Shown here one piece after another: positions 1 through 8,166 of a stretch of 64,000 bases of DNA; the first letter of the stretch is position 1, and every line of letters begins with the position of its first letter. Under the pieces are notes generated by a model, which saw only the letters and a list, made by a program, of their open reading frames with translations, did not search any database and had not been told where the DNA came from. Source of the DNA: an uncultured Pseudomonadales bacterium (GTDB lineage Bacteria > Patescibacteriota > Microgenomatia > UBA1400 > Chazhemtobacteraceae); the NCBI GenBank assembly GCA_964618725.1, contig CAZUBK010000001.1, positions 132,908-196,907 on the forward strand, written 5' to 3'. The position numbers and the translations under genes are program-made.

Positions 1-46
1 CTAATTTTGCCATAGGGGCAGGAAAAGTAAAGGCTTAACAAGCTTG

Positions 47-55
47 TGATAGACT
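47..55 (+). promoter_or_regulatory. extended -10 element (TGaTAGACT) 6 nt upstream of ATG 62; leaderless-type promoter
   Basis: TG-a-TAGACT at 47-55, then GAGTTC, then ATG; same geometry as many other genes in the window. Confidence 0.55.
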
Positions 56-61
56 GAGTTC

Positions 62-232
62 ATGAATAAAGTGGCCCAAAATACAATCAGAAGAATCAAT
101 CCACCTAAATTCTCTAGAAAAGATTTTGACAGAAAAGAATTTCTTAAATTGGCTACTAAAGTTAGCAAAATACTTAGGGATGAAGCGAAGGAAAGAGAAG
201 AAGGATATGGAAGATTTGGAGTTTCTTACTAA
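62..232 (+). CDS. 56-aa small protein, putative antitoxin (below ORF-track cutoff)
   Basis: Hand translation MNKVAQNTIRRINPPKFSRKDFDRKEFLKLATKVSKILRDEAKEREEGYGRFGVSY*; -10 box 6 nt upstream; overlaps the PIN gene start by 26 nt. Confidence 0.6.
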   Translation: MNKVAQNTIRRINPPKFSRKDFDRKEFLKLATKVSKILRDEAKEREEGYGRFGVSY

Positions 233-683
233 CGGAAGTATTCTCATTGATACATGTTTTCTGATAGATTCAGGCTTATGGTCAGGTCGTTTTGCCAGCT
301 TCATTGAGATTTTAAATGAGAAAAAGGTGGCGAAATTATCGATATCTTTGGTTAGATCGGAGTTTGTTATGGCCACTTCCAAAACAAGTTATGATCAAAA
401 GCTGAGATACTTTGAAACGCTAATAGATGGACTACTGCCGATAGACTCTTCGGTAGAGTTGTTAACTAATGATTTAATTGCGGAGTATAGTCAAGATATA
501 AAAGGTGTTTCGCCAGTAGATTTATACTTAGGCGGAATGATAAAGCGATACAAATTGCTGTATTTGTTGACAAAAAACCATTCTGATTTTCCCGAAAGGC
601 TTTTTACCCGGAAAGCGCTAATAAACTTTGAACTACCAAAGGCAATCTGGACGTATGCCTTATACCAATATAAAGAAGAGTAA
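207..683 (+). CDS. PIN-domain (VapC-like) ribonuclease
   Basis: PIN acidic pattern LIDTCFLID...SEF...VDLYL...LTKNHSDF; start moved from TTG 126 to in-frame ATG 207. Confidence 0.75.
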   Translation: MEDLEFLTNGSILIDTCFLIDSGLWSGRFASFIEILNEKKVAKLSISLVRSEFVMATSKTSYDQKLRYFETLIDGLLPIDSSVELLTNDLIAEYSQDIKGVSPVDLYLGGMIKRYKLLYLLTKNHSDFPERLFTRKALINFELPKAIWTYALYQYKEE

Positions 684-692
684 TTGGCAGAT

Positions 693-2078
693 CTAATAGT
701 TGTCGGGGAGATCGTTTTCAAGAAGGATCCAGTCGTATGTTTTGGCCAGGTGATTAATGGTTGGCCAGAGTTGCTCAGGCGTTTCTAGGAAAGTGACTTT
801 AGGTGGAGTACTAGACTCCATTAAGCCTTCACAAAAACTATCTGTCCTGGCGGAGTGGCCCTCGAGATATACTTCTTCAAAGATAGGAGAAGCAAGTTGA
901 CCGAGTCGTTGGTGGACTTCTCTTGTTTTAAACCCAAGCTCGACAATGCCCGGGGTGATGAGGACTTTTTTACCAGGGATATAATTCAGGTCAGCGAGAA
1001 GTTGGATCAGACCGGCTTCGTTGCTACTGTAGGCGTTATCGATGAGAATTGCCTTATTTATTGTTTTCAGTTCGAGTCGGTGGGGAGAAGGAGTCAGCTC
1101 TGAGACGGCTTTCTTGATTGTTTCGTAAGGCACTTTTAGAATTAAGGCCATGCCAATGGCGGCAACAAGATTTTGGAGATTACTAAAGCCAAAGAGGGAA
1201 GATGAGAACTGAGAGGATTTGCCTTTATAGATCAGGGTTAATTTCATTCCTTTCGCGGAAAGAGAGTACGTCTTGACAAAGAAGTCAGCTTTGGGATCGT
1301 GGAGAGAATATGTTTTGACCCCCTGATACTTAGGTTTCTTAAGATGGTTTTTAATAAACGGGTTATCGAGATTGGCTAGGGCGTTTTGTGGCTTAACAGC
1401 ATCAAGTAGCTCGAACTTAGCGAGAGTCGTATTTTCAATGGTTTTGAAACGCTCTAGGTGTTGAGTGCCAATTGAGGTGAGGATGGCATAGTCTGGTGGC
1501 ACCTGATAGACGAGCTCTTTTATCTCCCCCCTCACATAGGCTCCCATTTCGCAGAGAAAATAGTGGATGTTCTTGGTTAGCTCGAGCCGGACGACTTTGG
1601 CGATGCCAAAGACGGTGTTATAAGACGCCGGAGTCCTGAGAGTGGACTTATGAGCGTCGAGGATTTCGTAGAGAAAGTCTTTAGTCGAGGTCTTGCCGAA
1701 GGAGCCAGTGATACCAATCGTCGTCAGATGGGGATGGCTTAGGACCGTTTGCCGACAGGCCTGAATAGTTTTTTGGCGGTTGATCATTTCGTAAGGTTTC
1801 ATGAGAAGCAGGGAGATAAAAAGAAGAGGGAAAGGGCAGAGAAGCAAAACGATAAAAACGGGAAGGATTGAGGGATTTGAGCCTGAGAGAAAAAGTAAGA
1901 TAAGGACTTGGAAGTATGAGAGAAAAAGGAGTTGGATGGCTTTAGGAGTCATAACTAGGGGAAGCTTCTGGGAGACTTTGTAAGTAAAGGGGTGGCTTAC
2001 CCACCAAGATAAAAAGCGTTTGGGGGAGTAGCCCTCGAGTTGAAAAATGTGAAGGTGAATCTTAAGGGGGTTAATCAT
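693..2078 (-). CDS. murF: UDP-N-acetylmuramoyl-tripeptide--D-Ala-D-Ala ligase with N-terminal membrane anchor
   Basis: GITGSFGKTSTK P-loop, SYNT, EMGAY..GEI, IDNAYSSN, TPGIVELG, LLENDLPDNY end; hydrophobic N-terminus. Confidence 0.85.
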   Translation of the reverse strand: MINPLKIHLHIFQLEGYSPKRFLSWWVSHPFTYKVSQKLPLVMTPKAIQLLFLSYFQVLILLFLSGSNPSILPVFIVLLLCPFPLLFISLLLMKPYEMINRQKTIQACRQTVLSHPHLTTIGITGSFGKTSTKDFLYEILDAHKSTLRTPASYNTVFGIAKVVRLELTKNIHYFLCEMGAYVRGEIKELVYQVPPDYAILTSIGTQHLERFKTIENTTLAKFELLDAVKPQNALANLDNPFIKNHLKKPKYQGVKTYSLHDPKADFFVKTYSLSAKGMKLTLIYKGKSSQFSSSLFGFSNLQNLVAAIGMALILKVPYETIKKAVSELTPSPHRLELKTINKAILIDNAYSSNEAGLIQLLADLNYIPGKKVLITPGIVELGFKTREVHQRLGQLASPIFEEVYLEGHSARTDSFCEGLMESSTPPKVTFLETPEQLWPTINHLAKTYDWILLENDLPDNY

Positions 2079-2826
2079 ATTTGGTGAGAAGACGATTGAT
2101 AGTTTTGGAAAGGAGTTCTCGCTTAAAGAGATGAGGATGGTGATCGGCGCCGTAGAGTATGAAAAGTCGGGAGTCTGGAATCAGATCAGTCATCTCCTTG
2201 CCCCGATTGGGGATGGCGGTATCAAGATCTCCCCAGAGGATATAAGTAGGAGTGTGAATAGCGGAGAGATCGGGAGTGAGGTCGTATTTAATGATTTGCT
2301 TGAGAATCTCTTTGTGTTTACCGAGAGCGACAGCATAGTCACTACTGGTAAAGAAGTAACGAAGTTTACTTTGGAGAAATGAGGGGAGCAATGACTTAAT
2401 TGGTTTTAAGAAGCGGTAGATACGGCGTTTGACTAGCTGTTTCTTGGTGAGGCGGCGGATACCGGCGGGAGAGACGAGAATGAGTTTGGAGAGAGCTTGT
2501 GGATATTTGATAGCGAAGTCGAGGGCAATTTGACCACCAAAGGAATGGCCGAGGAGAATGGGGCGACTTAGTTTTAACTTTTTGATGAAATGGACAAGAA
2601 AAATGGTGTAATCGGGGACACTGGGATGCTCCATTAGCAGGTGTTGGCTATTACCAAAGCCGGGGAGGTCGAGTAAAAGGTATTGATATTGGGGCGAGAG
2701 TAGCTTGGCTACTTCTAACCAATGATTAGCGTTCTGCCCCCAACCATGAAGGATGATAAAGAGAGTCTTGGCTTTGGGATTGACTACTTGGTAGTTGGCA
2801 ATAGTGCCGCTTATAACCAGTTGCAT
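2071..2826 (-). CDS. alpha/beta-fold hydrolase
   Basis: LHGWG oxyanion motif, DLPGFG, GHSFGG nucleophile elbow, WGDLD, C-terminal His. Confidence 0.9.
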   Translation of the reverse strand: MQLVISGTIANYQVVNPKAKTLFIILHGWGQNANHWLEVAKLLSPQYQYLLLDLPGFGNSQHLLMEHPSVPDYTIFLVHFIKKLKLSRPILLGHSFGGQIALDFAIKYPQALSKLILVSPAGIRRLTKKQLVKRRIYRFLKPIKSLLPSFLQSKLRYFFTSSDYAVALGKHKEILKQIIKYDLTPDLSAIHTPTYILWGDLDTAIPNRGKEMTDLIPDSRLFILYGADHHPHLFKRELLSKTINRLLTKYD

Positions 2827-2829
2827 AAA

Positions 2830-3933
2830 TTAGATGTAAATTCGCTCTACTCTATCTTGAAGGGAAGTGACCAATTCATAATTACTTGTATCTACCTTAT
2901 CTGCCAAGACTTCAGCACTACAAGGATGATTTGAGAAATCGCTGATAAGAAGAACTTCCTGATGAAGTTCTGGTATGGGATTGATCTTAGTAATATCAAC
3001 AGTTATTTGGTCCATTGAGACACGACCGATTACCGGAGCCAATTGATCGTTGATGCTGACATATGGCCAGTTTTGAGGAGCGCGGCGGATTCCGTCGCCA
3101 TAACCAGCGGCAATGGTGGCGACTAAAAGAGGTGTTTTGGCTCTGTAGGTTCTTCCATAGCCTACCGTTTCACCGGTCTTGAGTTCTTGAATACGAGTAA
3201 TTGAGGTGTGAAGACTCAAGGTTGGTTTAAGCTCTATTGGGTTAACGTGAGGATGAAAAGGGTTAAGTCCATGTAATCCCAACCCTATACGGACTAGATT
3301 AAAATGGGATTCAGGGAGATTGATTGTGGCGGAGGAGTTGGCCGCGTGAATTACTGGAGGTAGCAGACCAGCTGTCTTAATCTTATTTAGAGTGGAGTTA
3401 AAGACTTTGAGTTGAAACTGGCTGAACTGAAGATTGGTGTTATCGGCATCGGCAAAATGAGTGAAAATACCGTCAGTGAAGATAGTTGGTTGTTTAAGTA
3501 TCTTGAGTATTGGAATCGCCTCATAAGGAAGACAACCGGTACGATGCATGCCAGTGTCGATCTTAATATGAACTTTGGCGATGGAGTTACTTTTTTTGCT
3601 GATACCAACTATAGTTTGAGCGTCATTTGGATTGGTAATAGTCAATGTTAAATCTTTTTCAATACTTGGGCGAAAGTCTTTGGGATCAATTGGACTGAGA
3701 ATGAGAATTTTGGCCTGAGCTGATAAGGCGCGTAATTTAAGTGCTTCGTTTAGTCTAGCGACACCAAAATATTGAATGTTTTGTTTAAGTAGATGTCTGA
3801 AAATGGCTTCATCACCGTGACCATAAGCATTTGCTTTTAGAATGGCCATGATTTCAGTTTGAGATGATAGAAGTGAGCGAAAAGTGTTTAAATTACGGCT
3901 TAGATGGCCCAAGTTTATTGTGGCTTTAACCAT
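2830..3933 (-). CDS. alr: alanine racemase
   Basis: AILKANAYGHG (PLP Lys), HIKIDTGMHRTG, THFADAD, HAANS, GYGDG, GRVSMDQ. Confidence 0.96.
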   Translation of the reverse strand: MVKATINLGHLSRNLNTFRSLLSSQTEIMAILKANAYGHGDEAIFRHLLKQNIQYFGVARLNEALKLRALSAQAKILILSPIDPKDFRPSIEKDLTLTITNPNDAQTIVGISKKSNSIAKVHIKIDTGMHRTGCLPYEAIPILKILKQPTIFTDGIFTHFADADNTNLQFSQFQLKVFNSTLNKIKTAGLLPPVIHAANSSATINLPESHFNLVRIGLGLHGLNPFHPHVNPIELKPTLSLHTSITRIQELKTGETVGYGRTYRAKTPLLVATIAAGYGDGIRRAPQNWPYVSINDQLAPVIGRVSMDQITVDITKINPIPELHQEVLLISDFSNHPCSAEVLADKVDTSNYELVTSLQDRVERIYI

Positions 3934-3939
3934 GTACGA

Positions 3940-3961
3940 ATTATACAGGATTAGGTATAAT
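3940..3961. promoter_or_regulatory. back-to-back TATAAT -10 boxes for alr (-) and murE (+)
   Basis: Minus-strand TATAAT at 3940-3945 is 6 nt from the alr ATG; plus-strand TATAAT at 3956-3961 is 8 nt from the murE ATG. Confidence 0.7.
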
Positions 3962-3969
3962 TTTGAGGC

Positions 3970-5430
3970 ATGAGATTAGAAAAAGTCTTGAAAGGTATCG
4001 CAGATTTTTCCCAGGATATCGAGATTACAAACATAGTAACAGACTCCCGAAAAGTAACAATCGGATCGCTTTTTATCGCCTACGAGGGTGTGGCTGTTGA
4101 CGGTCATGACTATATCAATGGAGCAATTAAGAAAGGAGCAACTGCGGTTGTCGGGGAAAGAGAAATTAAAGGACTAACGGTCCCCTATTTCCAGGTAAAA
4201 AATGGTAGGCTGGCTTGGGCAAAGACAATATCCAATTGGTACGGCAATCCAGAAAAGAAGCTCAAGATAGTTGGGATCACAGGAACTGACGGCAAGACGA
4301 CAACAACCAATCTTATCTACCACATACTCAAGGCAGCAGGAAAGAAAGTATCAATGACTTCGACAATTAATGCAGTCGTTGGTGAGGAAAGTTTTGATGT
4401 CGGACTACATACCAGCTCGCCTGATCCGGACAAATTGTGGGAACTTTTGGACAAGATGGTAAAGAGTGGAAGTGAATATGCAGTACTTGAGGCAACTTCA
4501 CACGGATTAGAACAAAACAGGTTTGGAGATATCGAATTTGAAGTGGGGGTGCTGACAAATTTGGCTCATGACCACCTAGAGTTTCACAAAACGATTGAGA
4601 GATATGCAGAAGCCAAGGCAAAACTATTTGAGAAAAGTAAGGTATCTATTTTAAATAAACATGCAGAACATTTGGATGTATTCAGAAACGCTGCTGTTAA
4701 GGACGTTACATATGACGCTGAAAAAGAAGTAAGCGATGTTAGGTATGAGTTAGAGGCAGAGGAATTAATACAGAAATTCAGTGTGGAGTTAGATGATAAA
4801 TGGTTGGAAATCAAAACTAGTTTACTAGGGACTTACAATATTGAAAACATATTGGCGGCGATTAAAGTAGCAAAAACTCTGGGGATAGAAAATGAAAAAA
4901 TAGTTAAAGGGATAGAGAGTCTTCCTGCCTTGAAAGGTAGGTTTGAGATTGTCCCAAACAAACGAGGATTGACGACGATAGTAGATTTTGCGCATACGGA
5001 ACAAGGAATGAGAAATGTCTTGACTTTAGTTAAAGAAAAACTTGTTAAAAAGGGGAATCGGATCATTACTGTTTTTGGATGTAATGGCGAAAGAGATAGA
5101 AGTAAGCGTGCCCCGATGGGAGAGACGGCCTGTGAGTTGTCTGATTTGGTGATCGTGACTACTGAGGATCCAAGAACAGAGGATGTTGATCAAATCTTTG
5201 AGGATATCCAGGTGGGATGCGAGAAAGCTGGTGCAAAATTGGATGAAAGCTATTTCAGAATAGACGACAGAAAAGAGGCGATAGGTTTTGCTGTAAACAA
5301 ACTGGCTAAGAAGGGGGACTTTGTCATGTGTCTTGGCAAAGGCCATGAGAAGAGTATGAATATTGGAGGAGTAGAGACGCCTTGGGATGAAAGGGCCGTG
5401 GTAGAAGAAATACTTAACAGAAAGTTATGA
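3970..5430 (+). CDS. murE: UDP-N-acetylmuramoyl-L-alanyl-D-glutamate--amino acid ligase
   Basis: DSRKV, DGHDYI, GITGTDGKTTT, EATSHGL, TNLAHDHLEFH, VDFAHT, GKGHE; specificity motif reads EDPR. Confidence 0.95.
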   Translation: MRLEKVLKGIADFSQDIEITNIVTDSRKVTIGSLFIAYEGVAVDGHDYINGAIKKGATAVVGEREIKGLTVPYFQVKNGRLAWAKTISNWYGNPEKKLKIVGITGTDGKTTTTNLIYHILKAAGKKVSMTSTINAVVGEESFDVGLHTSSPDPDKLWELLDKMVKSGSEYAVLEATSHGLEQNRFGDIEFEVGVLTNLAHDHLEFHKTIERYAEAKAKLFEKSKVSILNKHAEHLDVFRNAAVKDVTYDAEKEVSDVRYELEAEELIQKFSVELDDKWLEIKTSLLGTYNIENILAAIKVAKTLGIENEKIVKGIESLPALKGRFEIVPNKRGLTTIVDFAHTEQGMRNVLTLVKEKLVKKGNRIITVFGCNGERDRSKRAPMGETACELSDLVIVTTEDPRTEDVDQIFEDIQVGCEKAGAKLDESYFRIDDRKEAIGFAVNKLAKKGDFVMCLGKGHEKSMNIGGVETPWDERAVVEEILNRKL

Positions 5431-6173
5431 TAGGGATATTCGATTCAGGGTCAGGAGGATTGAGTGTTTTGAGAGAAATTCGCAAGCGGATGCCACAGAT
5501 CGATGTGGTATATCTAGGAGATATAAAAAACGCTCCATATGGATCAAAAACTAGGGAAGAACTGGGTGCATTAACAGTGATGTCAGTTAATCGGCTGATG
5601 AAAGAAGGTGCAGAGAAAATAGTGAGTGCTTGTAACAGTGTATCTGCATCAATTGTGTTGCCAATGATCGATTTGTTGGGAATTGCTCCCAAGGATCTGA
5701 TCGAGATGGTTGGCCCAACGGTAAGGTCGTTACGTGACGTGAATGGTCAAATTGCTATTGCTGCGACGCCGGCGACAATCGAGTCAGGACTCTATCAAAA
5801 TGGCTTTAGGTTGTTTAACAAAGAAACTGTAACCATACCGATAAGAGAGTTGGCTCCAGCTATTGAATTTGGGGCCAAAGAGGAAGACCTCAAAAGAATC
5901 ATAGTCGACGCTCTTAAAGATACCAATTTTGACACTCTGGTTTTGGCATGTACACATTATCCGTTAGTATTAGATGTCTTCGAAGAGACCTTAAGAGGAA
6001 GTAATACTAGAATCGTTGATCCGGCGATTGCAGTGGCAGAGGAGGTCAAGAAGAGAATGAATGAGACGGGAGAAGGCAAGACCAGATTTCTAATTACTGA
6101 AGACTCAGATTACTTCAGACAAAAAGTGAAAGATATGTTTGGGGAGAGGGATATAATCATAGAAGTAATTTAG
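5427..6173 (+). CDS. murI: glutamate racemase
   Basis: IGIFDSGSGGLSV, APYG, ACNS and LACTHYP catalytic cysteines. Confidence 0.95.
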   Translation: MIGIFDSGSGGLSVLREIRKRMPQIDVVYLGDIKNAPYGSKTREELGALTVMSVNRLMKEGAEKIVSACNSVSASIVLPMIDLLGIAPKDLIEMVGPTVRSLRDVNGQIAIAATPATIESGLYQNGFRLFNKETVTIPIRELAPAIEFGAKEEDLKRIIVDALKDTNFDTLVLACTHYPLVLDVFEETLRGSNTRIVDPAIAVAEEVKKRMNETGEGKTRFLITEDSDYFRQKVKDMFGERDIIIEVI

Positions 6174-6181
6174 CAAAGCTT

Positions 6182-7537
6182 ATGCCAGTAAACTGGAGAG
6201 AGTTTTTCAAAAATAAGGAGATCACGATGATGGGACTAGGGTTATTGGGGCGTGGAATTGGAGTCGCTAAATTTTTAGCGGAAAATGGAGCGAGGTTGAC
6301 GATTACGGATCTAAAGACAGAGGACCGGTTGGCAAGCTCGCTAAAACAACTAGAGAAATATAAAAACCAGATCACTTATGTATTGGGTCAACACCGACTA
6401 GAGGACTTTGAGAATAAAGATTTGATAATCAAAACAGCGGGGGTGCCGGTAGATTCCCCTTTTATTGCGCATGCTAAGAGCCGAGGCGTTCCGATCGAGA
6501 TGGATGCGTCCCTTTTTGCCCGCTTGGTGCCAGAGGGAGTAGTGATTATTGGAATTACAGGAACAAGGGGGAAATCGACAACCACTCATTTAATCGCTGA
6601 GATATTAAAAAGTGCCGGAAAACGAGTGTTCTTGGGAGGAAACGTTAGAGGGGTGGCGACGTTGCCGCTGCTTAATGAAGTACGGAGCGGAGACTTCGTT
6701 GTTCTAGAGCTTGACTCGTGGCAATTGCAAGGATTTGGAGAAGCCGGGATAAGTCCACAGTTCTCGGTGTTTACGAATCTAATGCCGGATCACATGAACT
6801 ATTACAAGAGTGATTTAGAGGCATATTTCAAGGATAAAGCAAATATTTTTCTGTTTCAAAAGAAGGGTGATGTATTAGTGGTGGGGAAAGAGATTGCGAA
6901 AAAAATTAAGAAGGAATATGGAGAAATCCTTGAGAGTAATTTGCAGGCAGTTGATGAAAATGACTTGCCTACTAGTTGGAATCTAAAGATACCGGGGGTT
7001 CACAATAGATTTAATGCGGCGCTAGCGAGGCAAGTCGGTTTGAGTCTTGATGTAAAAGAGAAAAGGATAAAGCAAGCGATTGAGGGATTTGAAGCAGTTG
7101 AAGGGAGGCTGCAGTACCTCGGAACCATTAAGGGAGCGAAGGTGTTCAACGACAACAATGCGACGACTCCGGAAGCCACAGTGGCAGGGATTGATGCCGT
7201 GGCAGACGGGAAAAATATAATCCTAATTATTGGTGGAGCGGATAAAGCACTGGATACTAATGAGTTACTAGAGAAAATAAGACAACATTGTGTCGGAGTA
7301 ATGCTGTTAAGCGGTAGTGGAACAGCGAAAATAAAGGGGGCGGTTTCCAAAAGCAAGGGGATAACTTTTGAAAGTGAGAGACTGGAAGACTTGGTAGTGA
7401 AGGCGGTAGAGATAGCAAAGCCGGGACTAACAATTCTTTTCAGTCCAGCGTTTGCTTCATTTAGTAAATATTTTGAGAACGAGTATGAAAGAAATGACTG
7501 CTTTGTGAAGAAGATGACTGAGCTTATGAAAACTTGA
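6182..7537 (+). CDS. murD: UDP-N-acetylmuramoylalanine--D-glutamate ligase
   Basis: GLGLLGRG, GITGTRGKSTTT, GGNV, LELDSWQL, NLMPDHMNYY, FSPAFASF. Confidence 0.93.
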   Translation: MPVNWREFFKNKEITMMGLGLLGRGIGVAKFLAENGARLTITDLKTEDRLASSLKQLEKYKNQITYVLGQHRLEDFENKDLIIKTAGVPVDSPFIAHAKSRGVPIEMDASLFARLVPEGVVIIGITGTRGKSTTTHLIAEILKSAGKRVFLGGNVRGVATLPLLNEVRSGDFVVLELDSWQLQGFGEAGISPQFSVFTNLMPDHMNYYKSDLEAYFKDKANIFLFQKKGDVLVVGKEIAKKIKKEYGEILESNLQAVDENDLPTSWNLKIPGVHNRFNAALARQVGLSLDVKEKRIKQAIEGFEAVEGRLQYLGTIKGAKVFNDNNATTPEATVAGIDAVADGKNIILIIGGADKALDTNELLEKIRQHCVGVMLLSGSGTAKIKGAVSKSKGITFESERLEDLVVKAVEIAKPGLTILFSPAFASFSKYFENEYERNDCFVKKMTELMKT

Positions 7538-7561
7538 CTATCCTGTAGTTTTTGATAAAAT
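7534..7561 (+). promoter_or_regulatory. sigma70-like promoter for ORF 7594
   Basis: TTGACT(7534-7539)-N16-TAAAAT(7556-7561) with TG extension. Confidence 0.55.
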
Positions 7562-7593
7562 GGAGTAATCACACACAGTAAAGGAGATTTGAT

Positions 7594-7842
7594 ATGTCAG
7601 ATGAAATTCAGACACTGGACAGCGCTCCCGATGCACATACACTTATCGACCTGGCACTTGCACTCATCCAGAATAGTTCACCAATGAAACAGACCGATTA
7701 TCTGGACAATGAGGAGTTCGTCTTAATTGTGAAATCGGGTTTGGATGGCCTGGATGATTGCAAAGTGGAACACCAACAAGAATTGATTGCGGCATTTGCT
7801 GTAGAGAACCAGCCAAGAGCAAGAATGTTTTTCGGTAAATAG
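7594..7842 (+). CDS. hypothetical acidic 82-aa protein
   Basis: AAGGAG Shine-Dalgarno upstream, promoter upstream, terminator downstream. Confidence 0.7.
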   Translation: MSDEIQTLDSAPDAHTLIDLALALIQNSSPMKQTDYLDNEEFVLIVKSGLDGLDDCKVEHQQELIAAFAVENQPRARMFFGK

Positions 7843-7845
7843 TAG

Positions 7846-7875
7846 AAGAACCACCCGTTAATCCGGGTGGTTCTT
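7846..7875. terminator. perfect 12-bp hairpin between convergent small ORFs, probably a bidirectional terminator
   Basis: AAGAACCACCCG-ttaatc-CGGGTGGTTCTT. Confidence 0.75.
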
Positions 7876-7884
7876 AAGTAAATT

Positions 7885-8094
7885 TCACTTTATCCGCTCA
7901 CTTTCTGTCAAAGTCAGTTGCTTGGAAGAAGGTTGAGATTTATGTGATCGATTGGAGAGAAAGTGGGTGTGACAAAGATGTTCCTCGACCCAGGAATCGG
8001 GATGTGAGAGACGAGGATCGTTGGCTAAGCCTGTCTTGAGACAATCGGGGCAGACGAGGTGTTTGATCTTGCCATTAATCGGTGCTGTTTGCAT
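7885..8094 (-). CDS. hypothetical 69-aa protein with CxxC...CxxH, possibly zinc-binding
   Basis: AAAGGAG Shine-Dalgarno upstream of ATG; VCPDC...HLCHTH. Confidence 0.65.
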   Translation of the reverse strand: MQTAPINGKIKHLVCPDCLKTGLANDPRLSHPDSWVEEHLCHTHFLSNRSHKSQPSSKQLTLTESERIK

Positions 8095-8166
8095 ATCTTC
8101 TCCTTTGAAAAGAACTATAGGTGATTATATTTTAATCTGCTTATTTTTGCTAGAATGACGAGGCTT

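Noticed and set aside
1-13. Possible minus-strand gene start ATGGCAAAATTAG (MAKL...), perhaps ddl
   Set aside because: Only four codons are visible, so it cannot be identified
126-206. N-terminal extension of the PIN ORF from TTG 126
   Set aside because: It overlaps the better-supported 56-aa ORF, and the PIN motif begins just after ATG 207
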